A DNA stretch of 63,862 bases, filler included, from Octopus bimaculoides (Eukaryota): the NCBI RefSeq assembly GCF_001194135.2. It is 7 parts of 5 records of this genome, joined end to end, with 100 filler letters (N's around TTAATTAATTAA, not from the genome) between each part and the next. Parts side by side here need not be neighbours in the genome. Positions count along the whole stretch, not along the records: positions 19,268 to 44,049 come from NC_068988.1; 6 more parts are not named here. One strand, 5' to 3'. Under the pieces are notes generated by a model, which was given only the letters and a program-made list of their open reading frames with translations, ran no database searches and was not told the DNA's origin. This document shows, in pieces, positions 24,021-35,584 of the stretch. Every line of letters begins with the position of its first letter. The stretch's first letter is position 1. Both the position numbers and the translations under genes were made by a program.

Positions 24021-24718
24021 TAAGTAAACTAGCTTCGACTGGAAATGAAAGTCAAATTGCAGACTAGCTTACCGGAAACTATGTTCTACAGCTTTCATCA
24101 CTTTATGTGTTTGGAATCCTACTATAAAAATATTTCTCCTCTTTCCCGTGTACATTTTATATGTTGAAGTAGCCGCAACCTTTTGATATCTATTTGTATC
24201 TAAATGTTTCCATAAAAGATCCGCAACTGTTATTTTAAAATCCATATAATTTCTTTCAGTGATAATTATCAGACAGTCAAATACTTAGTTCTGATGCTGT
24301 ATTATACAAAACGTCAAAATGTCAGCTCTCTGGTTCTTACTCTTTTACAGTTTTTCGAATCATCTTAGTCAGTAGGTAGTCTCTCGATATTTATTAAGGA
24401 AAGGAGAGTAACATAACGAAGAAGCAGTTTCGATTCTTCATAAGAGCCATTCTGTATTATTAACACTACCAATAAATTTTGGCAAAAGCTTGAACATCGC
24501 AACTTGTACTTTAACCTTCCCTATAAATCTGAAGCATTACACTTATTTAAGACATCATTTATCTAGGTAAATTTTGACACCGTAATCTGCAGTTTGGTTG
24601 CGATTTCCAGTTAATATAATTTCATTTAACTTGATGCCGTCTATACTTTTGAGAATGACATTAAGTGTAGCGATCTCTAGTGAACTTCCTCTCTCTATTA
24701 TATATAAGTACATACGAA

Positions 24719-25276
24719 TGTAGCAGGTAACAGCTAACCTTTTGGCGCTGTTTTGGACCCTGTTGTATCTACCACTCCGATTGGTTGGTATTGGCGCAGT
24801 TTGTCTCTTACTCTATCGCACGCCAATATGCAACCCAACCAATCGCAACCTGCAAATAAGTTACGTGAGACAGTCCGTTCCAAACAAGCATTTGAGCCTA
24901 TCATCAGCTATAAAAGCTCATCTCTTCCTTGGCTCGACGTCAGTTGGTCTCAGATTTTCTAAGGTCTAACCACTGACCACATTGCAGCGACCTCCATCTT
25001 TGTCGCTACCACTGATGTCTCTCACCAACATCGTCGACAACATCTACACAGCACCAACACACTGCACTGGTTCTAACATCACTCTCCGTGAGCTTCTCAC
25101 CAGGGTTAACAGCTAACACACAACCCACGCAAATGCATGTAGATATATGAACAAATGTACATCAACCGCTTCCATTCAGCTTGTGTATATATGCGTGTGA
25201 CCACAATAAACGTATTTAAAGTTATCATCTTGTTCCATATATTTCTTTACCGGGTTCCTACCACGATAAGATTACA
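24719..25276 (+). mobile_element. Probable solo LTR
   Basis: TGTA...TACA termini, CCAAT boxes at about 24780-24843, TATAAAA at 24909 and AATAAA at 25205. No TSD found. Confidence 0.45.
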
Positions 25277-26159
25277 GCCTTCTGGGCGGAGTTTCATTAG
25301 ATGACACCACAACCTATAACATCTAAAAAAGTAACAATATGTCTCCAAATGCATGTAAAATCGACATTTTGTATCTTCATAAGGAATCAATAGCTTTTGT
25401 GTAGGTGGAATATTTGAAATGGTCCCCGGAAATAGAGAGAGACGAACAACAGTTTCGGGACGTTCATTTCAGTGTAGTGTCTCGAGATTCCCCATTGAAA
25501 TTCTATTGGTTTCGATTAGATAAGAGTCCTTACAGTAAATATTTGTTGTCATTAAGACAAGAATAATTAATAAAGCCTGTTATTAACTACAAAATAGGTT
25601 CCTGTTTCTAAAAAACCAACTGTCAAACTTTCGACTACGTCATGTTTAATGAGTCACCACTCACCTCTTTATGATGTTCGCTTGGATTTAAATTCACAGA
25701 CCCACAAAATATAGATATGACATTGGTTGGATTACCAGCTGACAATTTGTGTGTTCATACTCGCTGATGACCCATTGTGTATTTAAGAACATTTAGTGAA
25801 CATGCTCCAGTTTGCTGTTGGCAACATAGGACCCACAAAAAATTCCAATATCTTCTAGAGATGTTAATTGCGATCCAGCAACAAAGATGCGTAAATATCT
25901 ATTGTTTAATCGTCAGACACAACAGAACCGGAATAAAAAACCGATTTTTTGAACTCATGTCAATAGTGAAGATATTTTTGATTAAAAATCGAGATTTTGC
26001 ATGCTAACTTTTGAATGCAAAAAAAAAAGAAAAGAAAAAAACTAAAACTTCAATTGTTATAGAATTCTGTTTACAAGGAACCAAAGGGAGAAAAGGGAAT
26101 TAAAACTTCAAATATAAACGACAATGTACAATCTTTAAAAAAAGTCTCAACGAAATTTA

Positions 26160-27962
26160 TCTATCATATATTAAAAGACAAGTTGTCTGTCTGTCTCTGT
26201 GTGTGTTGTGTGAACCACCTCTACTCCTACAATTTTCAACCGAATTTCACCAAATTTGACGTGTGCTCTCTTTGACTTCGGACGATTTTTCTTATAATAT
26301 TTTCCTCGAAATTCCGCGCCCCCAACATAAATAGACTACTCTCAATTCGCCTAGGATTTGGCTTGAGCCAGCAAAAAAATGTGAAACACACCCAGCTGGA
26401 AAAAATCAGCTGTGGCGAGCTCCTATCGACTGCTTGCACAGTACTGCCAGCAGTATTCATTTGCGAGTTACGATTTGCCTCTGTTTTCACGTGAGCGCTC
26501 TTTTTCATATTATTCCAACTTAAACTAGCCACTTCAAAACTCTTACCCAAAATTAAAAATTCTTAATTCGGTCTGTTTGATTAACATTTTTGCCAACTAC
26601 ATTTTACTATTTTTTGGGTGCTACACATTCACCGCTTTTTCCTTAGAACGTTTTGTATCGCGTAAACTGATAATTTTCCACCATGCCTCGACGCAAAAGA
26701 TCCAATATAGATCGACAAACAAATGCTGCAAAGAAAAGTAAACGTATGCGTGCAAAATGAATCTGCCGAGGACGCCGCCAGGAGGAACTCTCTCAATGCA
26801 CGAAGAAGGGAAAGTGAAGAGCAGCGTTGTGATCGGTTAGCACGTATTACTGCGCAACGAGCCGCCCAGAGCAACGAGCAGCGTGCAGCAGGCCGAACAA
26901 GAAATGCTTCCTCTACTGCAGCTGCACGAGTTTCAGAGACAGCAGCACAACGCACAGATCAACTTACAAGAGATGCTTCCTCCACTGCTGTTACACGAGC
27001 TGCAGAGACTGCAGCACAACGCGCAGATCAACTTGCAAGAGATGCTTCCTCCACTGCTGTTACAAGAGCTGCAGAGACTGCAGCACAACGCGCAGATCAA
27101 CTTGCAAGAGATGCTTCCTCAACTGCTGCTGCACGAGCTGCTGGGACTGCAGCACAACGCGCAGATCAACTTGCAAGAGATGTTTCCTCAACTGCTACTG
27201 CACGAGCTGCTGGGACTGCAGCACAACGCGCAGATCAACTTGCAAGAGATGCTTCCTCAACTGCTGCTGCACGAGCTGCTGGGACTGCAGCACAACGCGC
27301 AGATCAACTTGCAAGAGATGCTTCCTCAACTGCTGCTGCACGAGCTGCTGAGACTGCAGTACAACGCGCAATTCAACTTACAAGAGATGCTGCAGCAACT
27401 GCTGCTGCGCGCGCTACGGAGACTACGGGGGGAAAGACAACGACTGGAGGCTACAACTCAGCGAAGGGCTGCATGAAGTTCCTACTCAAGGCCATGCTCC
27501 TCGCGTTGGTCAATGACAGCATTCAACTACGATCCTACAATTAACTACAGTAATAACTCTGACGTTCAAATAGGCTGCATGTCCACAATCTGCCAATTTT
27601 GCGGAGCTAAAATGTGGCCGAGAGAAACTCCCGGCATGTGCTACTCCAATGGTAGGATTACATTACCTCTTCTACAAGATCCTCCACCCCTTTTGACTGA
27701 TCTTTTGACAGGGGCGTCTCCATATTCTCATAACTTTCTCAAGCGGATACGTGCCTAATGACTTCCTTCGGCGCCAACATCATACGAGATGGTCATTTCA
27801 TGCCTTCCTTTAAAGTGCATGGGCAAATTTACCATAGAATTGATTCCCTGCAGCCGCATGACGCTGCCTCGCCTCAGTTTCTTCAACTCTACTTTGTGGG
27901 AGACTACGCTGACCAGGCATACTTAACAAACAGCCCCTGGCAATGCCGAGTACGCCTACTAG
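26160..27962 (+). mobile_element. Internally deleted Helitron carrying the RepHel N-terminus
   Basis: A|TC 5' end at 26160 and CTAG|T 3' end at 27959-27963 after a decayed GC hairpin. Protein remnants: MPRRKRSNI, CQFCGAKMWPRETPGMC and MTSFGA..FKVHGQIYHRI..QFLQLYF, typical of the Helitron N-terminal region. No Rep catalytic or helicase domain. Confidence 0.88.
26936..27418 (+). repeat. Seven 69-bp coding tandem repeats (23-aa STPR-type)
   Basis: Unit (E/G)TAAQRADQLARDASSTAAARAA repeated 7 times, with a degenerate unit on each side. Confidence 0.92.
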
Positions 27963-28330
27963 TATAAAAGGTTGTCTGTGTGTGTAAACCCGCAAAATTT
28001 CTGCAGTTCACAACTGATTTTCTCCAAACTGGGAACGTGCATTACTTATGTTCCAGAGATGGTTTTAGACTCTTAAAATTTTTGACATAATGAGTAATGG
28101 GGCCCTTGGGGGCAGAAAACAATCTTTCCTGGGTTACTTACGATTCCAGTGTACAAGGGTGGTAACTCTTTGCGAAGTAACTTTCAGAAAGTGATTGTTT
28201 CTTTTACATCCAACACAATTAATTCTCTTACGCGTTTACTATGTAAAATTTATTCCGTTACTAGGTACCAATTTTTCTGTTGAACTACAGAATATTAAGA
28301 TAAAACTTACTTGGAAAAGGATGCGTGGCG
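27957..28330 (+). mobile_element. Possible second Helitron-like 5' fragment
   Basis: tactagtataaaaggttgtctgtgtgtg resembles the 5' end at 26160 (tctatcatatattaaaagacaagttgtctgtctg). No clear 3' end. Confidence 0.3.
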
Positions 28331-28402
28331 TTCGATCATATAATAATATGAATATATAGATATATGAATATATCCATACATATATTTACATACCTACATC
28401 TA

Positions 28403-30702
28403 TATGGATGATGGTGCACTTGCTTGTAATGATTCTGCAAAGAAAGAGACTTGGAGAAGCCATTATGAAAGGCTGCTGAATGTAGAGAATGAATGGGAGG
28501 AGGAGAGTCTGCCAAATGTTGATTTAGTCGAGGGACCAGCTACCCAAATTGATAGCACCCTGGTATATAAAGCAATTAAGGATATGAAGTCAGGAAAAGC
28601 CCCCGGCCCATCAGGAAACATTGCTGAGATGCTTAAAATATCTTGTGATGTGGGTTATGGTCTAGTCACCTGTATTGTAAACCAGGTAGTTCATGAAGTA
28701 GTCATACTCCATGACTGGTGTAGCAGCACCATAGTCAACTGCTACAAGAGTAAAGGTGATACTTTATATAGAAATAACTACAGGGGTATCAAACTGCTGG
28801 ATCAGGTGATGAAGGTCACAGAGAGGGTCATAGCCCAACTAATTAGGGAAAGAGTCTGCTTAGATAAGATGCAGTTCAGTTTTGTGCTTGGTAGAAGCAA
28901 CTGCAGGAGAAATACATTGCCTAAGATAAACTCCTATACTTGGCTTTTGTTGACTTGGAGAAAGGCTTTGACAGGGTCCCCCAATCCCTTATCTGGTGGG
29001 CAATGCAGAAACTAGGGGATAGATGAGTGGTTACTAAGAGCTGTACGTGGATGCTGTCAGTAAGGTAAGGGTTAACAATAAGTATAGTGAAGAATTCCGG
29101 GTAGAAGTAGAGATCCACCAAGGATCAGCCCTCAGCCCCTTCTTATTCATCATAGTCCTCCAGGCAATAACAGGAATTGAAGACAGGCTACCCCTGGGAG
29201 CTCCTCTATGCTGATGACCTTGCTCTCATAGCTGAATCACTACCAGAACTAGAGAAGAAATTTCATGTGTGGAATCAAGTTTTGGAATTGAAGGGCCTTA
29301 GAGTCAATGTCGCAAAAACCAAAGTTCTAGTAAGTAGGAAGGCAAACAAATCACAAACCCCTTCATGTAGATGGCCCTGCTCGATCTGTAGAAAATGTGT
29401 AGGTAGAAACTCCATAAGATGTACCTAGTGTAAGCTATGGATGCATAAGAGGTGCAGCAACATCAAAGGAAGGTTAACCGGGATGATAGCTTTTGTGTGC
29501 GGGGGATGCACAGGGGCAATGAACACCGCAGATGCTCAGAAAATGGATTCCATCACATGCAAGGTGGAGAAACTAGAAGTAGTTGATAGCTTCCGCTACC
29601 TAGGTAACGAAGTCTGTAGTGGGGGTGGATGCTCGTAGAGCATTGCCACTAGAATAAGAATAGCCTGGGCAAAGTTCAGAAAGCTCCTACCTCTACTGAT
29701 GACAAAGGGCCTCTTGCTCAGAGTGAAAGGTAGACTGTATGATGCATATGTGCGAACTACCATGCTACATGGCAGTGAAACATGGGCCATGATTGCTGAA
29801 GACACGTGTAGGCTCGAAAGAAATAAAACTAGTATGATTCGTTGGATGTGTAATGTCAGTGTGCACACACAACAAAGTGTAAGCGCCCTGAGAGAAATGT
29901 TGGACATAAGAAGCATCAGATGTGGTGTGCAAGGGAGATGACTGCACTGGTATGGTCATGTGCTGTGTATGAATGAGGAGAGCTGTGTGAAGAAGTGTCA
30001 CTCCCTAACAGTGGAAGAAACCCGTGGAAGAGGGAGGCGTGGAAGAGGTGGTGAAGCATGCCCTTCAAACGTTGGGCCTCACAGAGGTGGTGACAAGAGA
30101 ATGAGACCTCTGGAGGTATATGCTGTTATTGAGAAGACCCAGCAAGTAAAGTGAGATCACAGCTGTAGTCTATACCAGTGTCGCATAACCAGCCCGTTTA
30201 AAAAGTACCTTTGAATCTTTAGACGACATGCTGTGCTTGAGGAGACCTATTGAGTCAAGTAAAATCAAAAATCAAATCAGTCAAAAATGGAAATCGTAGT
30301 TGTGGTCGATGACTGACTGGCTCTCATGCTGGTGGCACGCAATAAGCATCATTCATGCATGGGTCATTGCCAGTGACGCCTGACTGGTACCCTTGCCGGT
30401 GGCATGTAAAAAGCACCATCCAAATGTGGTTGATGCCAGCTCCCCTGCCCTGACTGGCTCTTGTGCTGGTAGCACGTAAAAAGCACAAGCCAAACGTAGC
30501 TGATGCCAATGCTGCCTGACTGGCTCCCGTGCTAGTGACACATAAAAAGCACCCATTACAATCTCGGAGTGGTTGGCATTAGGAATGGAATTCAGCTGTA
30601 GAAACATTGCCAGATCAGATTGGAGCCTGGTGCAGCCTCCTGGCTTGCTAGTCCCCAGTCAAACCATCCAATCCATGCCAGCATAGAAAACGGATGTTAA
30701 AC

Positions 30703-30744
<42 letters not shown>
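28403..30744 (+). mobile_element. 5'-truncated RTE-clade LINE with 3' UTR and (GAT)n tail
   Basis: RT motifs KAPGPSG, NNYRGIKLL, DLEKGFDRV, HQGSALSP, LLYADDL, FRYLG and LHGSETW. The GAT tail ends at about 30744. Confidence 0.93.
29372..29509 (+). pseudogene. PHD-like C4HC3 finger inside the RTE RT
   Basis: WPCSICRKCVGRNSIRCT*CKLWMHKRCSNIKGRLTGMIAFVCGGC. Confidence 0.75.
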
Positions 30745-30745
<1 letters not shown>

Positions 30746-31665
30746 GTGAAGGTTGTGGATTTTTTTTTTTATTGAAGNNNNNNNNNNNNNNNNNNNNNNN
30801 NNNNNNNNNNNNNNNNNNNNNNNNNNNNNNNNNNNNNNNNNNNNNNNNNNNNNNNNNNNNNNNNNNNNNNNNNNNNNNNNNNNNNNNNNNNNNNNNNNNN
30901 NNNNNNNNNNNNNNNNNNNNNNNNNNNNNNNNNNNNNNNNNNNNNNNNNNNNNNNNNNNNNNNNNNNNNNNNNNNNNNNNNNNNNNNNNNNNNNNNNNNN
31001 NNNNNNNNNNNNNNNNNNNNNNNNNNNNNNNNNNNNNNNNNNNNNNNNNNNNNNNNNNNNNNNNNNNNNNNNNNNNNNNNNNNNNNNNNNNNNNNNNNNN
31101 NNNNNNNNNNNNNNNNNNNNNNNNNNNNNNNNNNNNNNNNNNNNNNNNNNNNNNNNNNNNNNNNNNNNNNNNNNNNNNNNNNNNNNNNNNNNNNNNNNNN
31201 NNNNNNNNNNNNNNNNNNNNNNNNNNNNNNNNNNNNNNNNNNNNNNNNNNNNNNNNNNNNNNNNNNNNNNNNNNNNNNNNNNNNNNNNNNNNNNNNNNNN
31301 NNNNNNNNNNNNNNNNNNNNNNNNNNNNNNNNNNNNNNNNNNNNNNNNNNNNNNNNNNNNNNNNNNNNNNNNNNNNNNNNNNNNNNNNNNNNNNNNNNNN
31401 NNNNNNNNNNNNNNNNNNNNNNNNNNNNNNNNNNNNNNNNNNNNNNNNNNNNNNNNNNNNNNNNNNNNNNNNNNNNNNNNNNNNNNNNNNNNNNNNNNNN
31501 NNNNNNNNNNNNNNNNNNNNNNNNNNNNNNNNNNNNNNNNNNNNNNNNNNNNNNNNNNNNNNNNNNNNNNNNNNNNNNNNNNNNNNNNNNNNNNNNNNNN
31601 NNNNNNNNNNNNNNNNNNNNNNNNNNNNNNNNNNNNNNNNNNNNNNNNNNNNNNNNNNNNNNNNN

Positions 31666-31691
<26 letters not shown>

Positions 31692-31700
<9 letters not shown>

Positions 31701-31752
31701 TATATTATTATATGATTGAACACCACGCATCCATTTCCAAGTGAGTTTATCT
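31692..31752 (+). repeat. 61-bp direct repeat, partner at 32441-32501
   Basis: 56 of 61 positions identical by eye. Confidence 0.85.
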
Positions 31753-32149
31753 TAATAATTTTGATGTGGCTGTTCTCTCTCTTCCTTTCTCTAATTCTTT
31801 TTCTCCCCCTTCGTTTTTACTCTCATCCTTTCCCTAATTCTTTTTTCTCCCCTTCACCATTTTCTATCTGTCTCTCTCCCTCTTCCTCCTTTACTGTCTC
31901 TCGTTGCTCACACATGTCCATCGTCCATCTTTCTTTTCCTCATATGATCATCTTTCTTTTCCTTCCATCTATTGCACAGACCAGACGCATTCTTACCTGT
32001 CTCCTATCTTATCTTTTCTCTTATCAAAGACTATTCCTCTAGTGTTCTCTGCCTTACCTCATCTGGCTTAACAGCCCACTCTGTTTGTTTTCGTTTCATT
32101 TCGTTTATTGTATGTCTCTACTGTCCTGTTTTGTTACCAACTTTGACCC

Positions 32150-32501
32150 TCCGCAAATCCCAAATTTTATTTTGGTTCGCGGGTGCAACTGTTTTACGAA
32201 GACACATATTGTTGTGAATTGCTTGAAATGTGGAGTAAACAGCTGACAACTGATGAAGAGTCGTTCTTTATGTTACTTGTCTTGTTTTCCATTTGTTTCT
32301 TTGGTTGTTCGCATACACAGGTTTGCCTTTGTATTTCATGTTGTTTTCATATTTCGTAATCCATGTCGTTTTTGTATTTTATGTTTTGTGACGTCTTGTA
32401 CCCATATATGCATATATGTATGGACATATATGTAGGTATATATATTATTTACATTATTATATGATTGAACGCCACGTGTCCATTTCCAAGTAAGTTTATC
32501 T
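32150..32501 (+). repeat. Interspersed repeat, possibly a Penelope terminal (pLTR-like) region
   Basis: Shares CTGANGA...YTGTC(C)TTGTTTTC with 52451-52490. The family assignment is inference. Confidence 0.35.
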
Positions 32502-32523
32502 ATCTATATATATGTGTATATAC

Positions 32524-32554
<31 letters not shown>

Positions 32555-32969
32555 NNNNNNNNNNNNNNNNNNNNNNNNNNNNNNNNNNNNNNNNNNNNNN
32601 NNNNNNNNNNNNNNNNNNNNNNNNNNNNNNNNNNNNNNNNNNNNNNNNNNNNNNGTAACTTAAAAACTGATGATGTCATTCCATCAATGTGTGGACGCTG
32701 GTTGTTCTCGTTCATACTTTACGTTTAAATTTCTGTAATTTAAAATTTTTATTACTTCTTATATTGAACTTGACAAAGAGACTTACTGTAATAATAATGA
32801 TGATGATGATGATGATGATCCTTTCTACTACTACTTAAGAAGAAGAACAAAAACAACACCAATAATAATTATAGTAATAATAATAATTGTCATAACTCCA
32901 TTCGGCTCTGTTGTAATCCTTATAACGAATTATTATACACCCACTTCAGTTATCGCTATTAGCTCCGTA

Positions 32970-33095
32970 GGCAAAGTTGACCTCAGTGGATTTTGAACTC
33001 AGAATGTAGCGACAGACGAAATACCGCTAAGCATTTCGAAATACCACTAAGCAGCTTGCCAGGCATGCTAATGATTCTGCCAGCTCACCAGATGA
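32970..33095 (-). mobile_element. SINE family B head fragment
   Basis: ttttgaactcagaatgtagcgac...gattctgccagctcacc. Confidence 0.75.
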
Positions 33096-33106
33096 TAATA
33101 ATTCTT

Positions 33107-33107
33107 T

Positions 33108-33189
<82 letters not shown>

Positions 33190-33300
33190 TAATAATAATA
33201 ATGATAATAATAATAAGAAGAAGAAGAAGAAGAAGATGAAGAAGAACAACAACAACAATAGCAACACCAATAATAATTATAGTAATAATAATAATAGTCA
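33107..33300. repeat. Compound (CTA)n(AAT)n(AAG)n(AAC)n microsatellite
   Basis: Direct observation. Confidence 0.95.
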
Positions 33301-33310
33301 TAACTCTATT

Positions 33311-33476
33311 CGGCACTGTTGTAATCCTTATAACGAATTATTATACACCCGCTTCAGTTATCACAGTATCGCTATTAGCTCTGTAAGACACGCCTCTCAA
33401 CACAGTCTAACACTACTTCCCGATACTGGCCAATGTCACCTTACTTATAGTGACTGAATCATTCCACTCATCACAT
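33311..33476 (-). mobile_element. Inverted partial LTR of the Gypsy element at 36969-39871
   Basis: 33394-33476 is the exact reverse complement of 39789-39871. The remainder aligns to the 3' half of the LTR at 37081-37160. Confidence 0.88.
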
Positions 33477-33806
33477 TATTTTTTAATAATATTTTCATAG
33501 CAACAGCAAACAGTGAGATATGCATGCATACGGCCCATACCTATTTCTCAAATTGCAATTTTTCATGTTTAATGTTAAGCTATAAAGCGATTTATTATGC
33601 TTAATTGGAGTGGTTTTCTGCAACATGTGCTGGGACAACTTAACATTATTATGATCTGGTTCTCCAAAATAACAGGTACACAGTAATTATTCTAAAGCGC
33701 TTTTCTTGACCATTCGAATACTTTATAGTAATTAATTTGTGAGGTATTGCTTCTAGTAAAATATACAGAGTATTTATGATATCTTTTAATCAATACTTGA
33801 TGAAAA

Positions 33807-34760
33807 CCCATGTTAATAGATGGTACATAAGGTATGCACTAATGCAATGTAATGTTCCTCTATGTTTTTACTGTAAGTATGCACAAAAATTCCGTGTATT
33901 GTGTGCAAATTTCAGATTTTTCTGCAAAGTATGTGTGCATTCATACAAATAACCATTGGTCAGATTTTTTCAGTTACAAAAGAAAAGTCTGATTTCATCA
34001 TGAAAACCTTGGGTCTGTACACTTTTTTCACTTCCCTTGTTGTATTGCAGCAGAAGCATGTTCATACTTTGCTTGTTTAAGCATAAATAGGGTGCATATT
34101 GGCTTGTACACCTGTTTTTTGCAAGTGGTTACATGACCTGATCGCACATTGATCTAGGTTTTGCTGATCTTCCAAACCCGTTCATGCCAGTTAGATGCCT
34201 TAAGTTATCCAATCAGACCACTTGTAAGACCAGCAAAGTGCGCCAAATTTGCATTGGTGTCCTGAAGCCTACCATCAGCTATATATGGAAACCTTTCCCA
34301 CTATTTCTTCAGTGAAGTGGGATGCAAGGTTCAGATCTTCAGTAGAATAGAAGCTTATTTTACAGGCAGCCTGCCTCTGGTATCCTTTCATGCATACTTC
34401 AGCAGAAGTTATGTCATGTATTTGTTTTCCTGTTCTACACTGCATACATCATGTGCTAACTGCATTAGAAACCCTTGTACATTTTCTGCAAGATATACCT
34501 CTACAGCTTTGCCGTGTTAATGCACTTTAACAGGTTGAATAAATCATTGCATTTTATCCTTCTGGTTTTCTGTTTTATTCCTTTATCTACACGCACAAGT
34601 ATACTGGTACTCAAACCAGCATTATCCTTCAACGCAACCAACTCTGTCAAAGCACAACATGTGTGCACTCAAATGCTCAAAGTAAAGGGAACATGAAGGC
34701 AATGATAACAGTTATTTGCAAATTTCAGGGGCTTTGACAAAGTAATGAGTTTCTTGTCAT
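33807..34760 (-). mobile_element. Heavily decayed piggyBac-like transposase 3' region
   Basis: Frame-broken remnants NA(W)FEYQ, V*LDNLRHL (VRLD..GH-like) and YLCLNKQ in a Cys-rich C-terminus. A possible ccc-type terminus lies at 33807. Confidence 0.4.
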
Positions 34761-35329
34761 AATTTCATGGTTTCTGATATAAAAAGTTACTTATTCCAAT
34801 GTCACTACAGCATAGTGCATGGGAAGATGTTTGCACTTCCAAATTTTGTCCATTCTTGGTCACTTGCTACACCTCCATGTTGCTGACGTGTGTGCAGCAT
34901 TGTGCATTCATGTTTTTGTTGGTATTGAGGGAGTACAGACTCTTCCCACTATTGTATTACATCAGTTTTTGTTATGGGGCTTGGCTGGAATCATTTATTG
35001 TATTAGTGTCTGTATTATGTGATATGTGTGTAAAGCAGACGGTGTTCTTCTGTTGGGTATCTGACCTGCAGAGTACATGTTGTGGGAGTTGTTTATTTTA
35101 TTGGTTGGTTATCAATGTATCGGGTGAAGATTGCATGGATAACCAGCTGGAGGTGGCTTCTCCGGGGGTTGAAAACAGTAGTAATGTCAGTTCCTACGGA
35201 ATAGCCATGTTGAAGTGGCAACAACCATTACTTCTTGATATAGTTACTACTTCCTTCTCTATAAGAGATTTTCTAACTAGCTACTTTGCAAAATCAGTGA
35301 CTATTTGTCACTGATTTTTCTATATATTG

Positions 35330-35581
35330 TGAGGTGTGTGTGGGTGTTGTTGTTGTTGTTGTGCTTATGTTTATCTTCCATCACTGTTTGACAAGTGATG
35401 TTGGAATGTTTACATCTCTGTAACTTAGCAACTTGACATAAGAAACAAATAGAATAAGAACCAGGCTTAAAAAAAAAAGAAAAAAAATACTAGGGTCAAT
35501 TCATTCAACCCCAAAATTTCAAGATGGTGCCCCAGCATGGCCACAGTCTAATGACGGAAAACAGCAAAAGATGAAAGATAA
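35330..35581 (+). mobile_element. SINE family A 3' half
   Basis: gtttacatctctgtaacttagc...tagaataagaaccaggctt...ggtgccccagcatggccacagtc. Confidence 0.78.
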
Positions 35582-35584
35582 AAT

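Noticed and set aside
26883-27476. 197-aa Q/L-rich overlapping ORF
   Set aside because: It is a by-product of the stop-free 69-bp repeat. The other frame continues into Helitron motifs.
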